A DNA stretch of 64,000 nt from Eledone cirrhosa (taxonomy: Eukaryota): NCBI GenBank assembly GCA_964016885.1, contig OZ024747.1:36394001-36458000 (forward strand). Reading direction: 5' to 3'. Shown here in pieces: positions 1 to 13,228 of the stretch. The position numbers and the translations under genes are program-made. Numbering within the stretch: position 1 is the stretch's first letter; each line of letters begins with the position of its first letter. The notes beneath the pieces were generated by a model. The model saw only the letters and a list, made by a program, of their open reading frames with translations, searched no databases and was not told where the DNA came from.

Positions 1-87
1 CACACAAAAAAACCAATTAAACCAGGCTATAAGATTAAAAGGCACCTATGAAGAAATAATAGATAAATAAACGACAGCCATCTATTC

Positions 88-139
<52 letters not shown>

Positions 140-860
140 ATATTATATATATATATATATTATATATATATATAAATGTATTATATATATTACATGATTT
201 GCTTGAGCATACACGCAGAAACATATACAGATACACACAGAGGTAAATATATATACACTACACACTCCCATACTCACACAATCACACACATACACCCCCC
301 CCCCCCCCACATATATATATATATGCGCGCGCGTGTTTGTGTTTGTGTTCGTGTGTGTGTATACTGTGTATATTTATATACAAATATTTGAGTAGAATCT
401 TAAATCGATCATGCGTATAAGCAAACATTGAGATATAGATCCGTATCATAATGTCCAAGTAGCAATAAATAATCATATAAGCTCAATTGTGTAGTATGAC
501 TATATTATTTCCATTACAATAGATACATGACATCTCCGTACAAAAGTGTTCCATTTCTCAATATTAGACAATATTGCGATGACTGTAAAATAAAATATAT
601 TGTCGAATGTTGTCAATATTATGCCATTATACGTTTGTTTATTCGCAACATAGGGATTAAATAACATATAACAGAAAATGTAATTGTAAAAATCATAAAC
701 ATTTCACCCGACTGATTTCATTGACAAGAAGAATGATGAATATAATTAATCTGTGTCATTACGAATGATATCTGCAACGTTATCATGGGTATACCCTTCC
801 GTGGTTGGAGCAGGAATTCAACCATATATATATATACTTGGGGAGCGTCATAGTATTGTA

Positions 861-1040
861 ATAATTGTTTCTACTTTAGGCACAATTACCAGTGCATTAC
901 TGGTACTTTATTTTATCGACCCCGTAAGGATGAAAGGCAAAGTAAACCTCGGCGGGATTTGAACTGAAACCGTAAAAGGACGTAACTATGCTGGAAAGCA
1001 TGGCGTTCGACTCTCTACCGATACTGCCAACCCACCGCCC
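861..1040 (-). mobile_element. tRNA-derived SINE
   Basis: Reverse complement matches the copy at 8813-8999: A-box-like TGGCAGTATCGG, degenerate B box, shared body AAGGATGAAAGGCAAAG. Confidence 0.85.
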
Positions 1041-1084
1041 TTTTTTGTAATAATATTGTAATAATATTGTAATAATAATGTAAT

Positions 1085-1680
1085 AATATTGCCAGAATTA
1101 ATAACAGAGCACACTAACTGTTTGGTTGATTTTCGCTTCTGTATCTTTTATATCTCCACAATTAATTCATTCGGGCCTCAATGTTTACCATTGACTGACC
1201 AACGGTAAAAAATAGATATAATATAGATATAAACACATACATAGAGTCTAACAAAATTCTTTCGTTGCACATCTGCAACATCATCAGTGCTGCTATTATG
1301 TTCCTACTGTTGTATTGTATATCTACGCCATCTTTCTTGGCGAACCCGCACGCCAAACACTATACACACACGCAAACGCATGCGCAGAAACGGAGACAAA
1401 AAATAAATAAATAAATAAATAGTTAAAATAAAAATGGCGTAAGCACGACACAATAGGAGGAAACATTATAATAGTACCACTGATGATGTTGCAGATGTGC
1501 AACTAAAGAACTTTGTTAGACTATATATATATATATATTTATATCTGTATTTTTAAACGTTCGTCAGTCAATGATAAACATTAATGGCCAAATGAAGTAA
1601 CTGTGGAGATATAAAAGATGCAGAAGCGAAAACCTACCAAACAGTGAGTGTGTTCTGTTATTTCCGGCAATATTACAACA
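1085..1680. mobile_element. Diverged inverted pair of a PLE-type terminal repeat carrying HHR motifs
   Basis: About 1085-1320 is the reverse complement of about 1450-1680. HHR motif on - at 1250-1291 (CTGATGA-T-GTTGCA/TGCAAC-GAAAG) and a broken copy on + at 1476-1517. Confidence 0.7.
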
Positions 1681-1718
1681 ATATGACCCTCCCCAAGTAT
1701 AAATATATATATATATAT

Positions 1719-2665
1719 TAAAATAACAGATTAAATTTTAAGCAAAGAATCGCTGCTTTCATCCTTAACGGGATCTTCTGAAACTAGAAAAGTCAATCTG
1801 TGAACGCGCAAGTAAGTATTTCAAAAAACGTTGCAACCGGAGGAAGACAGGAAGACGATACTTTGGTTCGTGGAAACGTTCCCTGGCAAAGAACGGGAAA
1901 AATATCAAAGATAATACATCATTATTTGTGGCGGTGAAAAACAATTAAACGCAAAGACAAAACCACGTTATTGGTATAAAAGAAGTCGTAGACTTATATT
2001 TGTATACCCATGGCGAGTGTTTTCGCGTATGCTTATGTAGGTACGTATATGGATGCGTGTATGCATTTATTTAATTTTAATTACCTCTATATTTTGTTTA
2101 CTTTATTCTTAACTCTGAAGCCGAGAATCATTCGGCTTCCTAGTTAGAATTTTAGTCTACGACTTCAGTTATACCATTTACGTGGTTTTGTCTTTGCGTG
2201 CAATTGGTCTGCCCGCTCCACATAATGACGTATTGTCTTCTTTTTTTCCGTTCATTGCGAGAGAACGTCTCCATGAACCACCTAATAGAATACTAATCTA
2301 CGACTTATTTCATACCATAAAGGTGGTTTTGTCTTTGCGTGTAATTGTTTTTCAACGCTCCAAATAATGACGTATTATCTTTGTTTTTTCCCGTTCTTTG
2401 CCAGAGAACGTTTCCACGAACCGAAGTATCGTCTTCCTGTCTTCCTCCGGTTGCAACGTTTTTTAAAATATTTACTTCTGCGTTCACAGATTGACTTTTT
2501 TAGTTTCAGAAGGGGTCCGTTAAGGGTGAAAGCAGCGATTCTTTGCTTAAAGTTTAATCTGTTATTTTAATAAATATTTGCTCTACGGTTCTTATATATT
2601 TGATATATATTTATCCTTATCGAGCCCTCTTTGGATTTTAGTCTTCAAATTTATTATTATTACTA
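1719..2665. mobile_element. ORF-less PLE-type repeat (CAGAAGA-HHR family) in inverted arrangement
   Basis: 1719-1995 is the reverse complement of part of 2085-2665. The same family recurs at 24105-24640, 48001-48540 and 51383-51448. Confidence 0.75.
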
Positions 2666-2752
2666 TATATCGCGTGACTATCTCCCCCTCCGCCTTTTGG
2701 GATTCTTTCTCACGTCGTGTAGACGCGTTCTTGAGACTAGTAAAATGAGGTA

Positions 2753-2840
2753 TCCTCTTGATAAGTCGGCAGACCTCGCAGGGACTCTATATCTTTGATA
2801 TATTGTTTTTGTTTATGCCACGAAACTACGTAGTCGAGGA
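2753..2840 (+). ncRNA. Type I hammerhead ribozyme, U3:A8 variant
   Basis: Helix I TCCTC/GAGGA; core TTGATAA; helix II GT-c-GGCA...TGCC-AC; GAA; palindromic helix III ACTACGTAGT; GUC triplet. Confidence 0.8.
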
Positions 2841-3343
2841 ATTTAGGAACAGTTTAGGTATGATACATTTTATTACTAATTATATCTAAATGTTTCTTCT
2901 CTCTTCATAATGTATTTTTAACTCTGATACTGGTTCAGTCTAGTTCAAACTGAATTGGTCTGTCCCAGTCATTCATTGAGCAACATCGGTGAAGTTGGCA
3001 CCCTTAACTCACAGTTGGGTGCGGATGCATTCATGTATATGTGTGTGTGTCCGCATGTATCTGTGTGTTTCTAAATATATTAATAACTCCCTCTGGTCGA
3101 GCAATCTTTGAAGTGTGGGGACAACTGGAAAGCTTCCATTACTCATACTTCTCGCCTTCTTCACTACCTCTTCTACGGCCTCGATATGAATACCCCCTCC
3201 GCCTCCGTGGTATTTTCTTCGTGGTTATAAGAGGCTTAGCTCTGTTTCTCGACCGTTATATCGCGTGACTATCTCCCCCTCCGCCTTTTGGGATTCTTTC
3301 TCACGTCGTGTAGACGCGTTCTTGAGACTAGTAAAATGAGGTA

Positions 3344-3431
3344 TCCTCTTGATAAGTCGGCAGACCTCGCAGGGACTCTATATCTTTGATATATTGTTTT
3401 TGTTTATGCCACGAAACTACGTAGTCGAGGA
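3344..3431 (+). ncRNA. Type I hammerhead ribozyme, U3:A8 variant (second copy)
   Basis: Same sequence as 2753-2840. Confidence 0.8.
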
Positions 3432-3662
3432 ATTTAGGAACAGTTTAGGTATGATACATTTTATTACTAATTATATCTAAATGTTTCTTCTCTCTTCATA
3501 ATGTATTTTTAACTCTGATACTGGTTCAGTCTAGTTCAAACTGAATTGGTCTGTCCCAGTCATTCATTGAGCAACATCGGTGAAGTTGGCACCCTTAACT
3601 CACAGTTGGGTGCGGATGCATTCATGTATATGTGTGTGTGTCCGCATGTATCTGTGTGTTTC

Positions 3663-3730
<68 letters not shown>

Positions 3731-3845
3731 AGAGGATATATTCAATTGAAGAAGGTTGGTTAATTGAAAATCAGCCGACTTTTTCTTAACATATGTAAAG
3801 TACGCTACGATTTTTGCTCATCCGGAGTTTTATTATAATAATAAA

Positions 3846-4697
3846 CAAGAAAGTCGGTTTCATTTGTACATCCCTATTTATTTTCTTATACGTACTTCAA
3901 AGACGTATGGCAATTGTATAACAGCTGCCCTGTGTGTTCTCTTCAAACAGAAAACCAAACGAGATGTAAATATCCATTGATATATTACCAGTCATACGTG
4001 TTATTTTTCAATTAGCAGTTCTTATATGTGTGGCTGATAGATATTTCAATTGGTGTTTCTGCTTGTGAATTGGCTTCAAAACTGCCTATCAAGTTACTGC
4101 TTGATTCATAGTGAGGCATGTATTAACTCTTAGACTGTTTTTTTAAATTTTATTTGTTTATACTAGATTCTATAAATTATAACATATGCATATGTTATAA
4201 TGTATCTATAATGTATCTATAATATATCTATATATTAATGAATGTTGAATTAATTATTTGATGGTCTACCTAACTTTATTTAAGTTTTAACCATATACTC
4301 TACGAAATGTCTTATTCATTTTGTGTAAACAAGAATTAAAAATGTCAGGGCGTTTATTAATAATTTTATATCTAATAGTATATCTACTATTTATGATGTG
4401 AAGCATCTCTGTGGTACAGATGTCACACCGCCTACATATAGATCCATTTATATATGGAAAAAGCATGTCAGAGTTTTGAAAAAGAAAGGGAGTATTCAAC
4501 TTGTTTATCTATGCATAATGGGCGGCGAAGGGAAAAGCACGTATGTCCGGTACCATAGCAATGGATATTTACATCTCGCTTGGAATTTTGTCTGAAGAGA
4601 AAACGTAGGGCAGCTGCTATACAACTGTCATACGCCTTTGAAATACATATAACAAAACGAATAGGGATGTACAAATGAAACCATCTTTCTTGTTTAT
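3846..4697. mobile_element. Diverged inverted pair of a PLE-type terminal repeat
   Basis: About 3846-4000 is the reverse complement of about 4538-4697; the right arm holds an HHR motif. Confidence 0.7.
4586..4657 (+). ncRNA. Type I hammerhead ribozyme
   Basis: Helix I TTTTGT/ACAAAA; CTGAAGA; long imperfect helix II (CGTA/TACG, GGCAG/CTGTC); GAA; ATACATAT; AUA triplet. Confidence 0.75.
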
Positions 4698-4719
4698 TAT
4701 TATTATTACTATTATTAGT

Positions 4720-5960
4720 TATTGGTGTGATCGGACGTCGTTTTGCTCTCTCCGGTAAGTTTCTTTATTTACCTGTCCTAAATCATTTATGGTAAATTTT
4801 TGTTGTCGTGAAAGGGACATAAGCCGTTGGACTTTGCCCTGTGAAGGGGAAACTATAATATTTGAGCCTTTTGGCCCAAATATTAGAAATTTGTTTAAAA
4901 CAAAATATAATGTTTTTCGTAAAAAAAACATGGCGGAGCCACGCCCCCCAACATCGTCTGACAGCGGTTTTAACGCTGAGGAGAGGAGAATAACGCTGCC
5001 CCTCCCAGAACAAATATAAACACCAACACTACATTAGGCAGTATCAACAACAGCAGCACCAAAAACAACTACACTAACAATAATGACAACACAAACAGCA
5101 ACAGCACCGACAATAATGAAAATATAAATGTGAAGAATAATGACATCAATAACAGCAACAACAACCCCAACAAAAACAACGACAACAACAGTAACAACGA
5201 TAACACCAACAACACCAAGAACAACATTAACATCATTACCAAACAAAAACAACACTTTCGCTGCGGCAGCAGGTAAAAAGAGGCCATGCTTCAGCATGGA
5301 CCTCACGAATAAAGATGAAAAGATGGGCCAGGGCAGGAAGCTCATCATGAAAGAGCAAACCTGGGCCAACTTAACTGTCCCGGTAGAAGCTATTAAATCA
5401 GTGGAGGGACTGTAGAACAGTGCATTACAGATGCGTCTCAGCAGAAACCAAGAGGGCGGCTTTAATTGCACCGGCAGATGTTGAAGCCGCGCTGAGGCAC
5501 ATCAGGGATGACACCGAATACATAGCGAGGGGCAGACAATGCGGCACCATTTCCGTGCTGTTTAAGTGGCATTGGCCACCCTGAGGGGAAATGAGGAAAG
5601 CTGTCCAATTACCCCTCCCCCAAAATACATCATCAATAAAAACATAAACACACACAGAGAACAGGCACACTTACAGACAGAGGCCCCTTATCTTCCAGTA
5701 GTGAAGATGAGGGAAAACCAAAATCCCCCAAAAAACAAAAAACAGAACATACAAAGAAAAAACTCCACAAAGCACAAAAACACCCACAATAAAAAATGCA
5801 GGCACCACCCACGCAGACATCTCCTTAATGACACCAATATCAACACCATCAATACCATCACCATCACTAGAATCCCCCAAACAACCTAAACAGATGCAAG
5901 AACCAATAAGCACACAAACATCTGACACCGTACTCACAACAAACTGGAATTCAATATTTT
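4720..5960 (+). pseudogene. Probable decayed 5' end and ORF1-like region of a non-LTR retrotransposon
   Basis: Starts with GGACGTCGTTTT (resembles LINE internal promoters). ATG at 4930 is followed by a stop-interrupted frame (MAEPRPPTSS...Thr-rich...TFAAAAGKKR). No RT follows, so the family is unassigned. Confidence 0.35.
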
Positions 5961-8812
5961 AGTAATTTCTCCACATTTTATTCAGATATTTGTTTTTATA
6001 TTTTCAAATATATTCTTCATATCTATTTTTATTTATTCTATTTTCTTGTTTTTATCTAAAGGATAAAACTCTTGAGACAATGGTAACACACACACATACA
6101 CATACACCCGTACGCACAAACAAACACGCACACACAAACAAAAGAACAATAAAATGCCACCTTGGACTTTATTCTGAATAGAAAAGGGAAATTTTGATTG
6201 AAATCAATAGAAATTTCTAGTAAATCAATTGAATTCTGGCTTGTTGAATCTCACATCTACCTTCAACTCCACTTCAAAAGGAATTTGAGATACAATGCAC
6301 ATATATTCTAATTGCCTACATAATCAAAATGTTACAAATATAAAGATGTTTATTCTGTCAATGTTGAGGGTTATGTGTAACTAAGACCGTTAATTGCCTT
6401 AACTTAAATACATCTAAAACGAATCAAATCTATCCGCAATTTCACAAACATATACCGCGCAAGGTAAATTAAAAATCAAACACGTACTTCAATATGATAT
6501 CGCGCCTACCCCGGCAAAAGTATTACTAACTCCTACCAATATATGGAGATTTGGGACGTAATAAAACTGCAGCACTTGTAACATGTGCTTTCTACCATAA
6601 CCCGCAGTGGTTACCACCACATTGATAACTTGGCAGACACCTCATCATTGTAACCAACAAATATATTCCATACATATTGGTGGATAGATGCTATCGTCGT
6701 TGCTGTAATTATCCAGATACCATTTCTGATTAGAGACACCTAAGGTTAAATTTATTTTCTCCGTAACAGTTGCCAATTTTTATATCATATACTGAAACTA
6801 GAACTACATTTTCCATTACTGGATAACAAGGGGTAACATACTACGATGGCTACACCTCCATCATTGTGGTAACTCCTTCAATTAATCAACTTAGAGTAGT
6901 GTTTATATATACTGATAGATCGATTAATAAGATTGCCTCTCTAGATAAACTCCTAAATTTGAACAATTTGATGGAAAATAGGACATTGTATTGTAGAGAA
7001 TGTTCAAGCATCATTGTTGTAGGGACTTTATTGCGAATCCATACATACGCGTTTCACTTTTTACATTACATTACGGTCTTCTATTTTGTTTAGCTTTTCA
7101 CGAGCTTTATGTAAATAACCTTTACATATTTTACAGTTTTGTTGTTGCATAAAAACACTATTTATATCTTGTTCAACCATATACTAGATATTATATTGTA
7201 TATCTAAAAGTAAATATTATGTTGGAATCATTATATTAATAGAAAATTAAGCTGAATGTAGACGCAGGAAAATCAAAAAGATTGTACTTAGGGGAATAGA
7301 AAATATGAAGATCAATGTTTCATTTAGAAAGAACTAATTATTCGGAATATATTTTCATTTAACTAAATACAGCTTTGAATATTTTGATGCAGACATAGAC
7401 GAAGCTTGTTATTATGCATTACTTTTATGTAATACCAAATATAGTATAGCTCCTGTATTTCTCTATATTTCATCTTTTAGTTTATACGTAAAGCTATTTA
7501 ACTCTTATTACTCTAAAGTCCATAAACAAAACAAATATTAGTAAATTCCATTAAGACCGTGTATTTCACACAATTTGCGTATTTACATAGCTTTCTCTAG
7601 GTTCCCATTAATTTGATTGAGAGTATTCGATTCAATGATCAATTATTGGTGTTTCTCCGAGTTGATTTATGTTGCGGTATTTATTTCATTTCTCTATCAA
7701 CACTAAGTTACTAAGTATGATGGTAAATGGAATTTTTTAATCGTTAATCGCTATGAATATGTTGTGTCGAATGGGGATTTCTTTATTTTATTAACTTCTC
7801 ACATTGGTGCACGTGCCTAGAACCGTGTGTTATATGACGTGGAAACAGTCACTAAACCTCCGTCAGCTTCCTGAATGAGGATAGTCAGTTTCAATAACTG
7901 TGGCCACTGAGAAATTCTTAAATCTCACGGAACTTCACATCCATTCTAGGCATCAAATGACTTCACTCATTACACCACCAATATGCTTAGTCAAACAATT
8001 CACATAGATTGACAATAAATCATATCTATTTATTATCATTATACGGAAATATACGTAAACAATTAATGGAAGTTGAAGTGCAATTTTTGTGAGGAAGATG
8101 CCATTTATAATAATTTTCTGTGTAATAACTGCTGCATAAAAACGTCACAAAATCCTATTGTTGGTGTCAGGTATTACACATTTGTTTTAGTATTATCGAT
8201 CGAAAAGCAAAAGATGATGAATGTAATAAATTATAATGGTTCGCATAAATGTAAGTTGTATTAATTTATTTTACAATTATATGCAAGAGACTAATAGGGT
8301 GAATCTGTTTGAATTACCTATGACATTTGAACTCGTGTGTAGAGGAATGCGTCTGGTTTAAAGAAATCCTACGAAACGGTCCAATTTATAGCTCTTTCGC
8401 CTGTAAAATCGCATTGATTAACCACGGAAATGACGTATACAATAGGACTAAATGAATACAGATGTCTATTATCAAATTAACATTTTACATTTTTGTGTCT
8501 TACTAACGATATGTCCCCAAATGGAAAAACATAACAATTCCATGTCACGTTTGCAATTTTTAGAAAAACTATGATTCAACAATGCGTAGGCAAATCACAT
8601 GTTAAGGTTTCTTTTCCTTCTAAATTCCAATGTAAGCCATTGTCGGTTTCTCTATTATTTACATATTGCTTTTACTTTTGCTACGTCTCCTTTATTAGTG
8701 AATGCTCCACATTGTTCTTAATAGTAGTATAGTAAAAACATACATGGCAATCTTGCGCAGATTTTCGCATACACATCCATGCATATCTTATACGCATTAT
8801 TTTCTTCATGTA

Positions 8813-8999
8813 GGGCGGTGGATTGGCAGTATCGGTAGAGGGTCGGACGCCATGCTTTGACGCATAGAGTTACGGCCCTTATCATTCTGAGTTCAAATCC
8901 CGCTGAGGTTAACTTTGCCTTTCATCCTTACGGGGTCGATAAAATAAAGTACCAGTAATGTACTGGGTAATTGCTGGCCTTGTGCCAAAAGTAGAAACA
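8813..8999 (+). mobile_element. tRNA-derived SINE, full length, with 17-bp TSD
   Basis: A-box-like TGGCAGTATCGG and B box GTTCAAATCCC; ATTATTTTCTTCATGTA at both 8796-8812 and 9000-9016. Confidence 0.92.
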
Positions 9000-9541
9000 A
9001 TTATTTTCTTCATGTAAACAGTGTAAACTGTTGAAATGCTTTTCCTACACCAATCTTTATTTTGTAAAAAACATTGATTTCATTTCTTTTTATAAAAAAA
9101 AAAATACATATATATTTAATGCATTGTTTATCGACAAGTTTCTTTCATTTTGCAATGAGATTATATTATTTACGAGAAAGCAGAAACTATTATGAATATA
9201 GAATATGTAATGAAGGCGATTCAGTTAACTAGTATATTATTTGAATGTTTCATGCGAACCTTTCAGATATACTACCCTGGCATCGGTAATTAATTGGTTT
9301 AACATATTAAGATAGGTGTTCACATTTCTATGTCTTCCAAAACAAACCAAAACATCGTGTGTTAAACATATATCTGGAGATTTAAATTTATTTCGGCAGG
9401 ATGATATTACAAGTGGAATTTCGACATGGGTTCGTTAACGCTAGTGCTTTTCTTTCTAGTTCTCATAAATGCTGATTTCAATGAATATTGAATTAGCCTC
9501 TCGAATTCAATTGGATTACAAATAAGCCCCCCCCCCCTCGC

Positions 9542-9599
<58 letters not shown>

Positions 9600-9622
9600 A
9601 TGTGTATTGCTGTGTGTGTGTG

Positions 9623-9659
<37 letters not shown>

Positions 9660-9666
<7 letters not shown>

Positions 9667-9890
9667 AAAGAATAGAGGTGTAACACACAAGTTATTATAT
9701 ATTGGTAAACGGAATAGAAAATGCTGACAAATTGTTCACAGTTGAAAAATGGTTTAATTAGGAATAAAAGAGTATTAGTGATTGTATGGGTTAGTATTCA
9801 GTTGTGGTTTTAAGTTTTTAAGTTTTTACCGGTTGCGCATTTCTAAATGCTTTTCAAAAATAATTTTGAGATAGAGTGTCCGTGCTGTTT
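9660..9890 (-). mobile_element. Solo 3' pLTR fragment of the Neptune-type PLE
   Basis: Reverse complement of about 31050-31270; abuts (TA)n. Confidence 0.85.
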
Positions 9891-9894
9891 GCTC

Positions 9895-10073
9895 TCAGCA
9901 ATTAAATGTATTAAACCAAAATTTGATTGTTTTAATATTGTGTATTTCGGCTCTTTAATACATTTGATAATTTGCGTTGGGCTTTTTCTTCTACCAGTAA
10001 CTGGCTAGTACACAGTACTACCTTCCATATTTATAATTGTATATAAAACATATATAAGTATACATATTATTAT

Positions 10074-10124
<51 letters not shown>

Positions 10125-10345
10125 TTTATACTTATATATACACTATATATAATTATAAACAGGAAAGGTCAGTAATTCATTGCTACCTTATTACCAGTAA
10201 GAAAAATAGCTCAATTTAAATACATTAGATGTTTTGCAGAGCAGGAATATAAATTACAGAATAATCAAAACTTTGTTCAAAACATTTTATTGCTGACAAT
10301 CGTTTCTTCAAAACTTTCGATTAGATTCATCGGTGCACTAGCAAA
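9895..10345. mobile_element. Tail-to-tail PLE-type terminal fragments around a (TA)n tract
   Basis: 9895-10065 (+) and 10120-10345 (-) resemble each other and 13757-13960. Decayed HHR on - at about 10291-10337 (CCGATGA...GAAACGATTGTC). Confidence 0.6.
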
Positions 10346-10560
10346 GTTTTAACATATAATTAACCTCCTATTCAACAGAACAATCGTAAAGATACATAGA
10401 TATTAGTGTTGTCATTAACAGTCATATTTAAAGAGTGGAGATGATGTGGTCAGTATCAATGGATGCTACAAAGATTATAATCTATTCTGTGACACACACA
10501 GAAACAAAATGGCGTAGGACAGAAGAAAGGAAAGGCACAGAAACAAAGAAAGGAATCCCC

Positions 10561-10605
10561 AGTCACTGAAGAGGTCACAGAGTGTGTGACGAAAGGACTA
10601 TGACT
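10561..10605 (+). ncRNA. Type I hammerhead ribozyme
   Basis: AGTCA/TGACT helix I; CTGAAGA plus one extra G; GTCACA/TGTGAC helix II; GAAAG-GA-CTA. Confidence 0.85.
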
Positions 10606-10765
10606 ATATATAAACAACTATCTGGTTGTGGAACCAACCAACCAACCAGAAATTTATAAATTTGTAGATTTGTAAATTTATAAATGTATAAATATATAAT
10701 AAATTGAAGTGAAAGCAACTGGTGCGTGTGTTTCTTATTGGCAACATGACCCTCCCAAAGTATAG

Positions 10766-10821
<56 letters not shown>

Positions 10822-10823
<2 letters not shown>

Positions 10824-11310
10824 CTGTGTGAATGTGCTTCTAGACACCTGAAATATAGCTTAAGAGAAACTTGTCAATAAGGAGAGGCACCCCAAATGTG
10901 AATTTGTTTATAGAATTCTTTCTGCCTTTGTCCCTCTAAGAAAGGCCTTAAAGAATTAGCTTTTAAAGAATTCCCCTTTCTTTAAACCCATCAACCATAA
11001 CTGACCTCCAACCATCTTATAGACACCTGAAATATAGGCATTGTTAGCTTAAGAGAAACTTTAAAATGTGGAGTTGCACACCAATTTGATCTTGTTTATA
11101 GAATTCTTTCTGCCTTTGTTATTCTAAATATAAATTATAGCTTTAAAGAATTAGCTTTTAAAGAATTTCCTTTTCTTTCAACCAATGACCTCCACCCATC
11201 CCACTCCCCACACTCTCCTACCACCAAATACCAGCATATTTACTTGGACAGTCAGCTACCTGATGCTTTCTCACGAATGAAACAGTTCTAGTCCCGTAGA
11301 AGCTCTTCTA
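10822..11310 (+). mobile_element. ORF-less PLE-type repeat with ~180-bp internal duplication and terminal HHR relic
   Basis: Homologous to 31290-31800 (-), 34470-35060 (+) and 48848-49190 (+). HHR relic at 11254-11304. Confidence 0.75.
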
Positions 11311-11322
11311 TATATATATATA

Positions 11323-11482
11323 TTTTAGTAAGTTAATTTTTAATTTTTTTAAATTTTCTTATTTTACGTCTTTCATATAATTGTTCTGCATCCCCCTGCA
11401 TTGAACCACCTAGGTACTATGACATAACCTATATATTTGCTAGCATTAGTGTACATCTGTACGCATATGTTGGTAAATATAC
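11323..11482 (+). mobile_element. Fragment of the 553-nt HHR element family
   Basis: Clearly similar to 25248-25420 (GCATTGAACCACCTAGGTACTATGACATAACC). Confidence 0.8.
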
Positions 11483-11486
11483 CAAT

Positions 11487-11530
<44 letters not shown>

Positions 11531-13177
11531 GAAGACATTTAGAAAAAAAGAGGGAAGGGGAACAAATAAAAATGAAAATAAACATAAAAGTAAACATAAA
11601 AATAAACAATAACATGAACAAGTGGTGGAAGGGTGTGAGGCATGTAAGGGTAGTGGCGGGTGGAGTTGGGAGAGGGAGGCGGGGGATCGAAGCAGGGAAG
11701 GCTGACGCTGGTGTTTGTGTATGTGTGTAGGTGTATGTGTGTGTGTGTGCGTGTGTATGTGAATGTGAGAGTTGGGGGAAGAACGAGGTTCCATGTTCAG
11801 GAAAAGGTGTGTGCGTGGGGTGGGGTGTAAGTCGGTGTGTGGGTGCGTGTGGAAGGTGAGGGGTTAGGGGTGCGGGAGTGGCGTGTGGATTCCGGAAGCT
11901 GAGTGTGTATATGTGGGGAGTACGCACGTGTGTGACTGTGTTTATACGTGGGGTGGATGTAGGTGGCGTGGTGCGAAAAAAAATGTGAGTGTATGTCCGT
12001 GGGTATGTTCCTAAGGTAGTTCCGTTGATGTGCGATGAGATGCTGGAAATTGTTTCATTTTATGGAGTGGATGGCTGGACCGATGACCGATGGAGTAGAA
12101 TCCAATGTTGGTCGTGGTCGGAAGTGGAGGGAAGTGGGGTGCGCGCGCAACAGGTAGTGGTCAGAGGGTCAAGGAAGGGTGAAGAGATAGCAGTAGAGGA
12201 AGACAGGTGGAGAAACGGTCAGTGGGGTGAGGACTGTTTGTATGTCTCTGTGTGCGGAGTTGTGGTGGACAGGGCAGACGATAGGTAGGTGTGAAGGGTG
12301 AAGGGGGAAGGTGGTGATGTGGGGGGATGGGGTGTATATTAGTAGAGGAGTTAGTGGGATGTGTCTGTGTGAAATGGTGTAGGTGGAACGGAGAGAGGGA
12401 GAGGGAGAGAAATGGAGAGAGAGACGGAGAGAAGAGGTGTTGGGGACGGAGGAGGGAGTGTAGTGTACTGGTGTGTGTGTGTACGTGTTTGGATGAGTGT
12501 GTGTGTGGTAAATGGGGTGTTAGTATACTGGTGATGGGAAAAGGTTTGAAAGCGGGTGTGTAAGTGGGAGTTAGTGCAGGTTGGGTGTGTGGAGTGGGTG
12601 GCGTACATAGGTGTGGGTATGTGTGTGACGGTGTGTGTTCGTATGCGTGGGGTAGGGGGTAGTGATGTTAGTTGTGGGGTGGTCAGAGTGGATGTGTGGG
12701 TGAGGGTTAGTGGTTGTAGTAGGGTGTGTGGATTGTGTGAGTGCGTGTATATATGATCAGGTGGGTGTGTGCGTGTTAGGGTGAGAGGTGGGGATGTTAG
12801 TATAGTTAGTTGGGGGTGGGTCGGAGGGTGGGATGAGGGTGTTAGTATTGTTAAATTAGGGATTTTCCAAGGGGGTGGGGCGGTGAAAAGGAGGAGTGTG
12901 TTAGTGGTGTTATTGGGGAATGTGTGGGTGGAATGGTGGGCGATCGAAGGCTAAAGAAATAGGGGTGGGGAGTTCAGGCGGGGTTGTGTGAGTCTGGTGG
13001 GTGAAGATGGTGCGTTGTTCGAGCATGGGGCGGGTGGCGGGTGTTCCATGGCATTGGAGTAGGCCACAGACTGTGACGTAGTGGGCGGAATGTCCAGGGG
13101 AGCAAAAGTGGCGGGCGATCGCGGAACTCGCGCCAAGACGCCCAGTCCGTGCAGCGAATTCCATAGACTAGATAGAA

Positions 13178-13224
<47 letters not shown>

Positions 13225-13228
<4 letters not shown>

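Larger units (their letters stand above)
2666..3671 (+). mobile_element. Partial-tandem ORF-less element (591-nt unit) with two HHRs, retrozyme-like
   Basis: 2666-3080 appears identical to 3257-3671 (offset 591). Each copy carries an HHR motif; the element ends in (TA)n. Confidence 0.8.

Noticed and set aside
1836-1886. HHR-like junction (GAAGA...GAAACGTT) on the other strand of the CAGAAGA family
   Set aside because: It lacks C3-U4, and a better complete motif followed by AATAAA lies on the opposite strand.
5034-5471. Hydrophobic 145-aa minus-strand ORF resembling a membrane protein
   Set aside because: Antisense translation of an (ACA)n-rich tract.
6560-6880. Coding-like minus-strand stretch (...TLGVSNQKWYLDNYS...)
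   Set aside because: Short frames with stops and no recognisable domain; cannot be supported without a search.
8813-8905. Possible tRNA gene
   Set aside because: A and B boxes are present, but it is the head of a multi-copy SINE with TSDs and no convincing cloverleaf.
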